Notes under the pieces: generated by a model | What the model was told of the DNA's origin: nothing | The model's input: only the letters and a program-made list of their open reading frames with translations | Databases searched by the model: none | Source: a virus | Lineage: Duplodnaviria > Caudoviricetes | DNA length: 60,949 nt | Strand: one strand, 5' to 3' | Virus record (IMG/VR): IMGVR_UViG_3300034168_000130 | Location: 1-60,949 of that record | Shown here: positions 7,117-17,414 of the stretch, in pieces | Numbering within the stretch: position 1 is the stretch's first letter | Layout of the letters: each line of letters opens with the position of its first letter | Made by a program: the position numbers and the translations under genes

Positions 7117-8127
7117 ATGGCGCATGAAATTACAAGTACAGATGGTGCTGTGTTCTATAAGGAACAAGCATGGCATGGGTTGGGTTATACTGTAGAGGAA
7201 GCAATGACTCCTATGGAAGCCTTGAAGATGGCTGGTTTGGATTGGAGGGTTCATAAGACAGTAGGTATTAGGACGTGGGAATCAGATACAGAGGGTGAGT
7301 TTCCCCCTAGTTATTCAGATAAATTTTGCGCCATCCTACGGGATGACACGAATGATATCCTCAGTGTACAATCACCTGACTATCAGGTGGTACAGAACTA
7401 TGAAGTATTCGACTTAGCGTATGCACTAGGTGCTGATGTTAAGATCGAGTCTGCCTTGTCTTTACAAGGTGGTAAGAAGATCATCTGCCTAGTCAAGGGT
7501 GATACCTTTGCTCCCTCTAACAGTGGGAATGATTCTATCACACAGTACCTTGCCTTGCTGTCTTCACATGACGGTACTATTGCATTGAGTGGACTGCCAA
7601 CATCAGTACGAATTGTATGCATGAATACATTAAAGATGGCATTAGGTAGGGCTAAGAAGAATATGATTCGCTTTACCCATACAGGTAACATGGAGGATAA
7701 GAAGTCTCAGATGCGTCTTGCCTTAGAGCAGTATGCTAATACTGGTAAGTTCTTTAAGGAACAGGTTAACATCCTGTCAAATGCCTCCCTTAATACGGAA
7801 CAGATTCAGAAGTTCTTCCTCAGTGTATATGAGTTATTAGAATCACCTATCGTGGCTAACCCACAGACAGAGAAGGAGTATAAGAACTATCTTAATGCTA
7901 CTGTCTTAGTATCTAAGTGGAGTGCTGGGTTTGATGAAGAGCGTAAGGAATTGAATGCCCCTGCTAGTGCATGGATGGCAGTCAATGCTGTTACTAGAGA
8001 ACTGCAACATCGTATCCCTGTTAAGGGACGTAAGACTGGATGGGAGAACAGAGCATACAACAACCTAATGGGATCTAATCAAGATGATTCTATTGCGGTT
8101 GCTAATCATGCTCTTGCTTGGTGTTGA
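7117..8127 (+). CDS. DUF932/DUF945 family protein
   Basis: MAHEI..AWHGLG, AGLDW, YQVVQN, SSHDGT, VRIVCMNTL, HT. Confidence 0.85.
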   Translation: MAHEITSTDGAVFYKEQAWHGLGYTVEEAMTPMEALKMAGLDWRVHKTVGIRTWESDTEGEFPPSYSDKFCAILRDDTNDILSVQSPDYQVVQNYEVFDLAYALGADVKIESALSLQGGKKIICLVKGDTFAPSNSGNDSITQYLALLSSHDGTIALSGLPTSVRIVCMNTLKMALGRAKKNMIRFTHTGNMEDKKSQMRLALEQYANTGKFFKEQVNILSNASLNTEQIQKFFLSVYELLESPIVANPQTEKEYKNYLNATVLVSKWSAGFDEERKELNAPASAWMAVNAVTRELQHRIPVKGRKTGWENRAYNNLMGSNQDDSIAVANHALAWC

Positions 8128-8154
8128 TAGTGCGGTAATTAATGCGTCGAATAC

Positions 8155-8184
8155 GGGGCATCCATAGTATACTATGGATGCCCC
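8155..8184. promoter_or_regulatory. Perfect 30-bp palindrome upstream of the RNAP gene
   Basis: GGGGCATCCATAGTA|TACTATGGATGCCCC. Confidence 0.6.
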
Positions 8185-8213
8185 TTAGCATCCATAATAT
8201 ACGGAGTTACACT

Positions 8214-10682
8214 ATGAGTAAATGGAATCAATTATCTATTGAAGAAAAAGATAAGCGTACTACATTACAAGTACTTGCTGAGGAAGAGATGCTTGCCATC
8301 TCTGACCGTAAGTATTGGCAGGAGTATGATGTAGCCCCTGATGAGGGGTATCCTGAACAATCTCTGTTAGATACCTGTGTTATTAATCTTACTCCATTGT
8401 TTCAAGAGTGGATAGATTACTCTGCTAAGAACACTAAGACTCCTGCTTGGGCACTACCCTTGTTTGGTGTGGGTGCAGGTAAGATGGCTGACATCACGGT
8501 ACGATGTCTTATATTGGAATGGTTTAATTCTAGTATGTGGGATAAGAAGACAGAGTTTGAAACTGTTGCACTGCCTACGGCACAGCACATAGCACACGCT
8601 ATTGCTGATATGGTCATCAACATTGTATCCTATCAACAGACTAAACAATTCTTTAGAGAAGACTGGCTAAAGCAGTCACACTATCAGAAGAACTGGTCAC
8701 CCAAAAGGTGTAAAGCATTTGTAGAAAAGATGGGTGGTCTTAACAAGACATCCTTTACTCGTAAGAATAGAGAAGACTTTGGTCATCATATGCTCAGGAT
8801 TGTAGAGAAGTCTAATGTTATTGTATTGTCTAACAATCGTAGGCATACAGGTAAACGTTGGTGTGACCGTGTTGTTGTGTCCTTTACTGATGTAGTATTA
8901 CAAGAGTTAAACAAGCGACATACTGATATGATTGCTATGGCTGCACTGTTGTATAGACCTATGCTAGTGCCACCTGTACCACATACCACTACATCATCTG
9001 GTGGTAATCTATTGGCGTATGTTCGTAAGCCTGTGGTTCAAAGGTTTAAAGATATTATGTGGGATGAGAAGGTAATCCAAAAGGGATCTACTCCATCTGA
9101 TATGGTCATTGATGGGTTGAATGCAATGATGCATACTGAGTGGACTGTTAATGGACGGGTGTATGAGGTTATGAATACACTGTTTAGAAACAATACTAGA
9201 GCATGTAACTTACCCGCCTATGAGTTCGCTGCCTTTGATTACTCTATGCCTTACCCTAAAGATGGGACTAAAGAAGAGAAAGCAATGTGGTGTGGTCACA
9301 AACAAGACTCGTACTCGTCTTGGTATAAAGAAGAGAGAGCACGTGGACGTATGCTAGTACGGCTCAAGTTGGCTAAAGATATGATGAGACATGGGTTCTT
9401 CTATCAACTGTATACCTGTGACTTTAGAGGTAGAGCAAATGCATCGTGTGATTTACTATCACCACAATCATCTGACTTTGATAGAGGATTAGTATGCTTT
9501 GCCAATGATGCTAAGCAAACTAACAGTGGTATATACTGGCTTAAGGTACACTTAGCAAACTTATTTGATCACGATAAGGATACATTCACCAATAGAATTA
9601 AATGGGTAGATGATAACATTGAGATGTTTAAACGTATCAATGAAGATCCTTATGCTAACCTAAGTTTATGGATGTCTGATAAGAAGAAGAAGAACCCATC
9701 CTTCCAACGGTTGGCTGCTATCTTTGACTTACTCAGGACAGATGGTCTTACTTCAGTACCTGTACAGATGGATGGTAGTTGTAATGGTGTTCAACATTGG
9801 GCTGCCCTTATGAAGGCAGATGAGTTGGCTGATATGGTTAACTTAACTACGACACCAGTACCACAAGACCTATATCAGTATGTTGCAGACTTAGTAACTG
9901 AACTGATGATAGAAGATCAAGAGAATGATACTAAGTCTGGGCTATGGGCAAAACAATTCTTAATACAATGGAATAATTATATCCATCGTAATGTTGTTAA
10001 GAGGGCTGTAATGACAGACCCATATGGTGTCACTCTATTTGGTATTCGACGGTACTGTAAGAGTGAAGGTCATCTTGATTGGGTTACTAAAGATAAGATT
10101 GCTGGAGCTGTAATGGAACTAGCATCCTTCATTGACAAAGCCCTTAAGGGAACTTTAGTAGAACCCAACAAGGGTAAGGTATGGCTTAAGGTTGTATCGG
10201 ATATGTCTTCTGAGTTATCTAAGAACATGGAATGGACTACGCCGTGTGGTTTCCATGTAGTACATCAATACTATGAGATCATATCAAGACGATCTGTTAC
10301 TAAGTTATTTAACATGAAAGAGTTATACTTTGGGTATCCCGACAGGGATTCTATTGATCCAAGACAAGTAAACCTAGCAATCAGTCCTAATTATATACAC
10401 TCATTAGATGCAAGTCATATGTGGTGTACGATGAGAAGGATGACGTTAGTTGGTATCTCCTCATTCAGTATGGTGCATGACAGTTATGGATGTCATGCCC
10501 CCTATGTATCTCTTATGAGAGAGTTTACTAAAGAAGAGTTCCATACTATGCATAAACTACCTTTATTAGAGATGCTTAGGAAAGAATTAGAATCTATTCT
10601 CAAGGTTCCGTTACCTGAGATACCACAACAAGGTGAGTTTAACATTAACAAAGTGTTAGAAGCGGAGTACTTATTCCAATGA
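8214..10682 (+). CDS. T7-like single-subunit DNA-directed RNA polymerase
   Basis: DFRGR, DGSCNGVQH (motif A), R-x3-K-x7-YG (RNVVKRAVMTDPYG, motif B), PNYIHSLDA, HDSY (motif C); start moved to ATG 8214 after GGAG. Confidence 0.97.
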   Translation: MSKWNQLSIEEKDKRTTLQVLAEEEMLAISDRKYWQEYDVAPDEGYPEQSLLDTCVINLTPLFQEWIDYSAKNTKTPAWALPLFGVGAGKMADITVRCLILEWFNSSMWDKKTEFETVALPTAQHIAHAIADMVINIVSYQQTKQFFREDWLKQSHYQKNWSPKRCKAFVEKMGGLNKTSFTRKNREDFGHHMLRIVEKSNVIVLSNNRRHTGKRWCDRVVVSFTDVVLQELNKRHTDMIAMAALLYRPMLVPPVPHTTTSSGGNLLAYVRKPVVQRFKDIMWDEKVIQKGSTPSDMVIDGLNAMMHTEWTVNGRVYEVMNTLFRNNTRACNLPAYEFAAFDYSMPYPKDGTKEEKAMWCGHKQDSYSSWYKEERARGRMLVRLKLAKDMMRHGFFYQLYTCDFRGRANASCDLLSPQSSDFDRGLVCFANDAKQTNSGIYWLKVHLANLFDHDKDTFTNRIKWVDDNIEMFKRINEDPYANLSLWMSDKKKKNPSFQRLAAIFDLLRTDGLTSVPVQMDGSCNGVQHWAALMKADELADMVNLTTTPVPQDLYQYVADLVTELMIEDQENDTKSGLWAKQFLIQWNNYIHRNVVKRAVMTDPYGVTLFGIRRYCKSEGHLDWVTKDKIAGAVMELASFIDKALKGTLVEPNKGKVWLKVVSDMSSELSKNMEWTTPCGFHVVHQYYEIISRRSVTKLFNMKELYFGYPDRDSIDPRQVNLAISPNYIHSLDASHMWCTMRRMTLVGISSFSMVHDSYGCHAPYVSLMREFTKEEFHTMHKLPLLEMLRKELESILKVPLPEIPQQGEFNINKVLEAEYLFQ

Positions 10683-10933
10683 GTAAAAAAATGTATCGTA
10701 TTGCATCTGAAGGGGATATGGAAGATGTTCTTAAGGTATTTATTACCCTTAGTAAAAGTAAGGTTAAGCAGAAGACCATAAACATACAAGTACCAACAGA
10801 TAAATTCAGTGACATTATATTGTTTAATGTCAACAGGGCTTTTAGACAATATGATCTAGGAGACCCTACAAATTACCATGTTCATATTTTTGTAGAGAAA
10901 GGAAACGATGAGCAAAGTATTGATTATAGGTGA
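10679..10933 (+). CDS. Hypothetical protein
   Basis: ATGA overlap with RNAP stop; GGAG RBS. Confidence 0.65.
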   Translation: MSKKMYRIASEGDMEDVLKVFITLSKSKVKQKTINIQVPTDKFSDIILFNVNRAFRQYDLGDPTNYHVHIFVEKGNDEQSIDYR

Positions 10934-11570
10934 TACACATTTTCCAGCGTGTCATTCACAGTATCTTAAGTTTGTACAAGGTATTTATAAAAAGTATTCT
11001 TGTAACAGTGTTGTTCATATTGGAGATGTTGTAGACCACCATGCTATATCCTTCCATAAAAAACACCCTGATGCACAAGATGCTACTGCTGAGTATAAGA
11101 AAGCTGTGTTAGATATAGCTAAGTGGTACAGTGTATTCCCTAAACTTAGGGTATGCATTGGAAACCATGACGAACGAGTGTATCGTTTGAATGCTGATGT
11201 TGGTATTCCCTCGTTCTATATCAAGGGATACTCAGAAGTCTATGGTACTAAAGGATGGACATGGGACTACAGTTTTATTATTGATGGCGTGTACTACACA
11301 CACGGTACTGGTAGTGGTGGTTTAAACCCAAGCTTTAACCAAGCAAAATCAAGAGCAATCTCTTGTGTAATGGGTCATCACCACAGCATAGCTGGTATCA
11401 ACTGGTTGGTTGGACCAACCACAAGATACTTTGGTATGGATATAGGTTGTGGCGTAAACAACAACCACTTAGGATTTAGTTATGGTAAGAACCACCTTAA
11501 GAAACCAGTGGTATCATGTGGTGTAGTGATAGATGGCAAGCACCCCTACCTAGAAGTTATGGATCTATGA
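10908..11570 (+). CDS. Calcineurin-like metallophosphoesterase
   Basis: GDTH, GDVVD, GNHD, THG, GHHH. Confidence 0.9.
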   Translation: MSKVLIIGDTHFPACHSQYLKFVQGIYKKYSCNSVVHIGDVVDHHAISFHKKHPDAQDATAEYKKAVLDIAKWYSVFPKLRVCIGNHDERVYRLNADVGIPSFYIKGYSEVYGTKGWTWDYSFIIDGVYYTHGTGSGGLNPSFNQAKSRAISCVMGHHHSIAGINWLVGPTTRYFGMDIGCGVNNNHLGFSYGKNHLKKPVVSCGVVIDGKHPYLEVMDL

Positions 11571-11878
11571 AAAAAATTAAAGACACAATTGTTAGAAAGG
11601 AATCCTTCTTAAAGGATATAATACTACCATACAAGATACCACAACTAGTAAAGATTTTGTGGGTAGATGCTTATACCATAGGAGGAGAAGAGTGGCTTGA
11701 TAAAGATAAAGCAAAGCTTTATGCTAAAGAACCACTACCCTATATGATAACAGTTGGCTTTGTACTTTATATGGATTCAGATCAAGTATCTATAACTAAT
11801 ACAGTAGGTCCAGGAGAAACAGCACAAGTTAATAAGATACCCAAGCGTATGGTTATCAGTATGGAAACGCTCCACTAA
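11567..11878 (+). CDS. Conserved phage hypothetical protein
   Basis: Start moved to ATG 11567; LVKILWVDA, TVGFV, IPKRMV pattern. Confidence 0.65.
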   Translation: MKKIKDTIVRKESFLKDIILPYKIPQLVKILWVDAYTIGGEEWLDKDKAKLYAKEPLPYMITVGFVLYMDSDQVSITNTVGPGETAQVNKIPKRMVISMETLH

Positions 11879-11892
11879 AGTTGGGGCTAAAG
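11875..11892 (+). promoter_or_regulatory. Phage RNAP promoter (replication genes)
   Basis: CTAAAGTTGGGGCTAAAG at a gene boundary. Confidence 0.8.
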
Positions 11893-11929
11893 AAGATTCA
11901 ATTTATTCACCCCGTTTAAGAAAGAACAA

Positions 11930-12019
11930 ATGAAAGCTAAGAAACCAGTAAAGAAATCAGCTAAGAAACCAGCCGCTAAGAAGGCTATGAAGCCAATGTA
12001 TGGGAAGGGAGGTTATTAA
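11930..12019 (+). CDS. 29-aa basic, histone-H1-like peptide (not in the ORF track)
   Basis: MKAKKPVKKSAKKPAAKKAMKPMYGKGGY*; first ORF after the promoter; TAATG-coupled to next gene. Confidence 0.6.
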   Translation: MKAKKPVKKSAKKPAAKKAMKPMYGKGGY

Positions 12020-12231
12020 TGGAAATGGAATCTAATGTAAACCCAAATACACTTGCTCCTGAGCAAGTACCAGCTGTCCGTAGTGACAGTGTATGCAATT
12101 ACCTAGGTAATTTAGCAGGTGTTCTCAGTTCAATTGTGGTTGATATTAATGCACAAATTGCATCTATCAAACGCATCTCGCAAACTACACAAGAAGAAGG
12201 AGTCAGTAATGACAACAGCCAAGAAGCCTAA
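12019..12231 (+). CDS. Hypothetical protein
   Basis: GGAGG RBS. Confidence 0.7.
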   Translation: MEMESNVNPNTLAPEQVPAVRSDSVCNYLGNLAGVLSSIVVDINAQIASIKRISQTTQEEGVSNDNSQEA

Positions 12232-12733
12232 TCGAATCTCACAGTTTACAACAATGACATTAGAAACTAAGTGGAGTAATTTACTTAAGCCTGATGTTGC
12301 ATTTGGAGAAGGTAGTGCTAATCACAACATCACTGTTGTTGTTGATGCAGAGTTACAAAAAACTTTAGATACTATTCTAAAGACGAGTGGTGCTAAGAAG
12401 ATCAATGGTTTAAGGGAGGTTGATAATGTTGTTACGTTTAAAGCTAAGTCTAAAGTCCATGTGGATTCAGGTAAGTTTCCTTGTGTTGACTCTTTGGGTC
12501 AACCTACTGACATCGTCCCATTCGGTGGTGACAAGGTTCGTCTCAAGCTTGCGCCGATGGTTCTGACTAGAGATAATTCCTTATCTATCTACTTGAATGG
12601 TATTCAGGTTGTGGAAAAGAATACTACCTTCACTAAGGGTAGTGACTTTGCTGCAGTAGAGGGTGGCTTTGTTGGGGGATCAACAAAGAAGGATGATCTA
12701 ACAGATCAAGCTGACAGTGACCTCCCCTACTAA
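12209..12733 (+). CDS. Single-stranded DNA-binding protein (T7 gp2.5-like)
   Basis: Start ATG 12209 after AAGGAG; L-KPD, GGDKV, LNGIQVVE, acidic tail ending DSDLPY; position before resolvase and primase. Confidence 0.8.
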   Translation: MTTAKKPNRISQFTTMTLETKWSNLLKPDVAFGEGSANHNITVVVDAELQKTLDTILKTSGAKKINGLREVDNVVTFKAKSKVHVDSGKFPCVDSLGQPTDIVPFGGDKVRLKLAPMVLTRDNSLSIYLNGIQVVEKNTTFTKGSDFAAVEGGFVGGSTKKDDLTDQADSDLPY

Positions 12734-13112
12734 GAAGGTATTGGAGTGGCAGTTCAATATTAACCCCGTAGCTGCAAGCAGACCACGGGTATCAAGGTGG
12801 GGTGCATTCTATGTAGGAACATATAAAGTGTTTCGTGAGATTGCTGCTGAGGCTGTATGGAATACCATTGGAAATGGGTTCGTACCTCTCAGTAATTCCT
12901 TATCAGTTTCTATAGAGTTATATATAAAACGACCTAAGAAGACTGATAAGGAATACCCTAGACCAGATATTGATAACTTTGCCAAGGCAATTTTAGATAC
13001 CATGAATGGTAAGATATGGGAAGATGATACTCAAATCATCAGCCTGTATGTAACTAAACAGTGGGCTGAAAAAGATTCAGAGGGATACTTTATATTGTCA
13101 GTTAGTAATTAA
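12717..13112 (+). CDS. rusA: RusA family Holliday junction resolvase
   Basis: RPR, PDIDNFAKAILD, WEDDTQI. Confidence 0.9.
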   Translation: MTSPTKKVLEWQFNINPVAASRPRVSRWGAFYVGTYKVFREIAAEAVWNTIGNGFVPLSNSLSVSIELYIKRPKKTDKEYPRPDIDNFAKAILDTMNGKIWEDDTQIISLYVTKQWAEKDSEGYFILSVSN

Positions 13113-13114
13113 TG

Positions 13115-13159
13115 GTAGGGGAAACACAAGAAAATCTCTTGTGTTTCCCTTACTTTTTT
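13115..13159 (+). terminator. Intrinsic terminator
   Basis: gtaggggaaacacaaga/tcttgtgtttcccttac stem followed by T6. Confidence 0.75.
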
Positions 13160-13173
13160 CTTTAAGGAGCTAC

Positions 13174-13440
13174 ATGAAGAATGCAAATGGTAAGGGCGAT
13201 AGCTATCGCAAGGTAGATCAGAAGCAGTATGATAAGAACTATGCTAAAGCGTTTAAGAAGAAGAAAGCTAACGACACTACAGTGTCGCAACTATCCTTTG
13301 CTATATGGCTTGAGTATATTATAGCAGCCATCTCAGCAATGCAAACTAAGAAGGTTGTTAAAAAAGGTATAGCACAAGCAAAGAAGGGTAAGTTTAGTAA
13401 GAATCCACCTAAGATATTACTTAAGAAGAAAAAGAAATGA
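13174..13440 (+). CDS. Basic hypothetical protein
   Basis: Start ATG 13174 after TAAGGAG; GKGD-x2-R-x-VD-x3-Y-x2-N motif of small phage proteins, K-rich tail. Confidence 0.65.
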   Translation: MKNANGKGDSYRKVDQKQYDKNYAKAFKKKKANDTTVSQLSFAIWLEYIIAAISAMQTKKVVKKGIAQAKKGKFSKNPPKILLKKKKK

Positions 13441-13640
13441 ATGATAAACAACCAATCGGTATATGGGTAACAGGTAAATGGGGTAAGCATGGTTGGCTAG
13501 AAGAATCACTAGGTACACCCACAACTTTTAAATCTTTAGTAGATGCTAAGGATTGGATCAGAGTAAACGCTGTTCATAAGGAGTATTATGAACCCAAAAT
13601 TTTACCAAAAAAACTTAAGGAGGATATTGAATGGATATAA
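13437..13640 (+). CDS. Hypothetical protein
   Basis: ATGA overlap; abuts primase. Confidence 0.6.
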   Translation: MNDKQPIGIWVTGKWGKHGWLEESLGTPTTFKSLVDAKDWIRVNAVHKEYYEPKILPKKLKEDIEWI

Positions 13641-15361
13641 AAGAATCAGCATTCATACGTAAGGATGCGTGTCCCAAGTGTCAAGCTATGGGTCGAGATA
13701 ACTCAGGGGATAACTTAGGGGTCTATGATGATCACGTCCACTGTTTTAGTTGTGGATATCATAAAGGAGATTATGTGATAGAAGATACAACCGTTAACGT
13801 TAAAACGTTTATACCAGTCATTGGTACAGTATGCGAAGTATCCGATAGGCTACTCACTGAAAAAGTATGTAGACTGTATGGGTATCAGACAGCTAAGATC
13901 AATGGAAAGATAGTTCAGATTGCTAACTACTATAAGGATAATACTTTAGTAGGTCAACATCTACGGGGTCCCGATAAGCAGTTTGCTTGGAAGGGATCAG
14001 CCAAGGGTGTTGAATTGTTTGGTCAGAATCTATGGAAGTCTACAGGTGGTAAACGCCTCATAATTACCGAAGGGGAGATTGATTGCATGACCGTCAATCA
14101 ATCACTCGGTGGTACATGGGCTGTGGTATCGTTGCCTAATGGTGCGACATCAGCAGTAAAAGCTATTAAGGATAACCTTGAGTTTATCAATGGTTATCCT
14201 GAGGTTATACTATGCTTTGATATGGATACAGCAGGACAAGATGCAGCTAAGGCTGTTGCTGACATCCTGTCTAGTGGACGTTGTAAGATTGCTAAGCTGC
14301 CGTACAAGGATGCCAATGAATGCTTGATGAACAATCAATCCAAAGCATTGGTCAATGCCTTATGGGAAGCACAAGCTTACTCACCCGATGAAATTCTCCA
14401 CGTCAGTAAGATTGCAAATGACTCACAAGATATGGAAGATGTAAAGGTTTATCCCTTTCCCTACGATAAGCTCAGTGAGTTCCTCATTGGTCAGCGTAGT
14501 GGTGAGATCACCCTATGGGCATCTGGCACAGGCTCTGGTAAGTCTACGATCTTACGTGAACTCATCATCAATCATCTTGTTGATGGTCGCAGTGTTGGTT
14601 GTATTATGCTTGAGGAATCCCCTCAGGAAACAATGGATGATCTTATATCACTGTTGTTAAACAAACCAGTACGGGCTATTAGAGCTTCACGTATGATGAA
14701 TGCTTTACAAGTAAAGATGGGTCGCAATACTATCAATGTGAATATGCTTGATGACCTGAGTGAGGATGAGTATGCAGAGGCACGTACTAGATTGTGTCAA
14801 ACAAATCTGTACATCTATGATCATCTCGGTAACAATGCTATGACTAACTTGCTTGCTCGGATGGAGTTCATGGCTACATCACTTAAGGTTGATGTCATTG
14901 TTCTTGATCATATTACAGCAGCAGCAGCTGGTCTTATGGGTGTTAACGATAAAGATATTGAGGGTGGTGGATCAGAACGTATCATCATAGATACACTGAT
15001 GAAGGAACTACGATCAATGTCTGTTCGTACAGGTGTGCATGTTGACATTGTGTCACAACTTAAGAAGACTGATAAGGCATACGAAGAAGGTAGCCGTGTC
15101 ACCTTACAGGATCTACGTGGGTCTGGTGCATTGTCCTCAGTACCTAACACAGTGATTGGTCTTGAGAGAGATCGACAGAATCCTGATGAACGTACATCTA
15201 ATACAACCATTGTACGAGTACTGAAGAATCGACTGACTGGTCGGGCAGGCATTGCTACGGCATTGTACTATGACCGCAAGTCAGGTCGGCTACAGGAGAT
15301 CGGCTTTGCTGTAGATGACACAGGCACGGTAGCCTTTAACCCAGTGGAAGGAATACAATGA
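13631..15361 (+). CDS. Primase-helicase (T7 gp4-like)
   Basis: CPKC..CFSC zinc finger, EGEID and FDMD TOPRIM, GTGSGKS Walker A, LDHI, VSQL, DLRGSG, KNR. Confidence 0.97.
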   Translation: MDIKESAFIRKDACPKCQAMGRDNSGDNLGVYDDHVHCFSCGYHKGDYVIEDTTVNVKTFIPVIGTVCEVSDRLLTEKVCRLYGYQTAKINGKIVQIANYYKDNTLVGQHLRGPDKQFAWKGSAKGVELFGQNLWKSTGGKRLIITEGEIDCMTVNQSLGGTWAVVSLPNGATSAVKAIKDNLEFINGYPEVILCFDMDTAGQDAAKAVADILSSGRCKIAKLPYKDANECLMNNQSKALVNALWEAQAYSPDEILHVSKIANDSQDMEDVKVYPFPYDKLSEFLIGQRSGEITLWASGTGSGKSTILRELIINHLVDGRSVGCIMLEESPQETMDDLISLLLNKPVRAIRASRMMNALQVKMGRNTINVNMLDDLSEDEYAEARTRLCQTNLYIYDHLGNNAMTNLLARMEFMATSLKVDVIVLDHITAAAAGLMGVNDKDIEGGGSERIIIDTLMKELRSMSVRTGVHVDIVSQLKKTDKAYEEGSRVTLQDLRGSGALSSVPNTVIGLERDRQNPDERTSNTTIVRVLKNRLTGRAGIATALYYDRKSGRLQEIGFAVDDTGTVAFNPVEGIQ

Positions 15362-17064
15362 AGACATGCATACTAGATATCGAAGGCAATGCCCTCAGTG
15401 AAGTCTATGTCGAGAAGAAGGGTACTGCTCTTAAGGAATGCACTAAGATATGGTGCGTAGCTACGAAGGACACTGATGCTGCAACTCCTAAACTATGGAA
15501 GCAGGATCAACTACAAGATCTGTTGGTATACCTATCAAAGTTTGATATCCTTGTTGGACACAACATCTATGGGTACGATCTACCTGTACTGATGCGTCTG
15601 CTTGGTCTTAATCATCCCCGCTGCATCGTCGATACCCTTGTGGTATCACGGCTTATGTTCCCTGATCGGAACGAGCATCCCTTTGGTGGCAACTCATTGG
15701 ACAACTGGGGTACTCACCTCAAGTATCCTAAGACTGTTTACAAGGGTGGTTGGGCTGTGTACTCAGATGACATGGGAAAGTATTGTCTTAATGACGTACT
15801 GTTAGGTGAGAAGATATACAAGTATCAATTACCATTCATTATCACTAACAAGGGATTAGTTCGCTTTGAGCACAGTGTTACACGTGTCTGCCAACAACAA
15901 GTGGAGAATGGCTTTGGCTATGATCTTGTTGGTGGTGATGCATTGTACAGGTCTTTGTTATTAGAGAAGCTTGATATCGAAGACAACATGCGTGTCATAT
16001 TTCCCGACAAGATTCTTGGACGGGTATCTGAGAAGACAGGTAAACGTCTCAAGGATAAGATAGAAGTATTTAATCCTGGTTCTAGACTACAGATTGCATC
16101 TCGCCTCAACGAGAAGTATGGATGGGTAGCACCTGAGACAGAGAAGGGTAACCCCAAGGTAGACGAAGAAGTATTGTCAGAACTTAAGTTTGAGGAAGCA
16201 ACTACTCTAGTCAAATACTTTGACATTACTAAGCTGATCAGTCAGATAGAAGATTGGAATCTACGTGCTGCCTACTCTAGGGATGGTCGTATTCATGGTG
16301 GTATCAACCCACAAGGTGCTGCTACAGGCAGGTGTACTCACAGTCAACCCAACATAGCTCAAGTCTCAAGTGACTCTAGGGTTCGTTCTCTATGGTGTCC
16401 TGCTCTCATTGGCTATACTCAAGTAGGTGCAGATCTCAAGGGATTGGAGCTGCGAATGCTTGCTCACTATATGAGTAAGTATGACTCAGGTAAGTATGCT
16501 GAGATCTTAGTTGATGGTGATATACATACACACAATCAAACAGCTGCAGGTCTACAATCGAGAGACTTAGCCAAGTCTTTTATCTATGCTTATCTATATG
16601 GTGCAAGTAATCCTAAGCTGAGCAAGGTTCTTAATTGTACCGTTACTAATGCTGAGAAGTTACGCAAACGGTTTCAGAAAGAGATTCCTGCTTTAGGTAA
16701 GGTACAAGAAGAAGTCAGGTTTCAATTCCTAAAGGATAAGTCTGTCATCTTACCTGATGGTAGACGTATACCAGTACGGAAAGAATATGCTGCACTCAAT
16801 ACTTTGCTGCAAGGAGCAGGTGCTATTGTCAGTAAATTATGGATGTTAAAAGCAAGTGAAGCTTTACAGAAGATGTTTGGTAATGATGTTTACCAAATGG
16901 CATATGTGCATGACGAGCTTCAGTATGCTGTACCAATAGAGCATGCTGATGCTGTTGGTAATATCTTAAAGCTTGCTGCTATTGATGCAGGTAAAGAACT
17001 GAGATTAAACATTCAAGTAGATGCAGATTATACTGTTGGTAATACATGGTCGGACACACACTAA
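15358..17064 (+). CDS. Family A DNA polymerase (T7 gp5-like)
   Basis: DIE, GHNIYGYD, YCLND exonuclease motifs; TGR, DLKGLELR, KSFIYAYLYG, VHDE. Confidence 0.97.
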   Translation: MKTCILDIEGNALSEVYVEKKGTALKECTKIWCVATKDTDAATPKLWKQDQLQDLLVYLSKFDILVGHNIYGYDLPVLMRLLGLNHPRCIVDTLVVSRLMFPDRNEHPFGGNSLDNWGTHLKYPKTVYKGGWAVYSDDMGKYCLNDVLLGEKIYKYQLPFIITNKGLVRFEHSVTRVCQQQVENGFGYDLVGGDALYRSLLLEKLDIEDNMRVIFPDKILGRVSEKTGKRLKDKIEVFNPGSRLQIASRLNEKYGWVAPETEKGNPKVDEEVLSELKFEEATTLVKYFDITKLISQIEDWNLRAAYSRDGRIHGGINPQGAATGRCTHSQPNIAQVSSDSRVRSLWCPALIGYTQVGADLKGLELRMLAHYMSKYDSGKYAEILVDGDIHTHNQTAAGLQSRDLAKSFIYAYLYGASNPKLSKVLNCTVTNAEKLRKRFQKEIPALGKVQEEVRFQFLKDKSVILPDGRRIPVRKEYAALNTLLQGAGAIVSKLWMLKASEALQKMFGNDVYQMAYVHDELQYAVPIEHADAVGNILKLAAIDAGKELRLNIQVDADYTVGNTWSDTH

Positions 17065-17075
17065 GGAATAATAAT

Positions 17076-17414
17076 ATGACTGAAAGATTAGATTTATATA
17101 TAGCAGGACCTATGCGAGGATATCCTCAGCATAACTTTCCCGCATTTCATACAGCTGCTAGAAAATGGGGGGGTAATCCAGCTATCGGAACTGTTTATAA
17201 TCCTGCTCAGATGGATGAAGATGATGGGTTTGTTGGAACAAGTATATCTCTTGATGGAAAAGATCACTTGAAAGCATGTATGCAAAGAGACCTCATGGCT
17301 ATACTAAAGTCAAATGCTATGGTTATGTTGCACGGTTGGGAGAAATCAGATGGAGCTAGGGTAGAGCATGCCCTTGCTGTCTATTTGGGATTGGTAATCT
17401 TCTATGAAAGCTGA
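17076..17414 (+). CDS. DUF4406-like (nucleoside 2-deoxyribosyltransferase fold)
   Basis: YIAGPM, NFPAF, NPA, GWEKSDGARVE; start moved to ATG 17076. Confidence 0.85.
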   Translation: MTERLDLYIAGPMRGYPQHNFPAFHTAARKWGGNPAIGTVYNPAQMDEDDGFVGTSISLDGKDHLKACMQRDLMAILKSNAMVMLHGWEKSDGARVEHALAVYLGLVIFYES

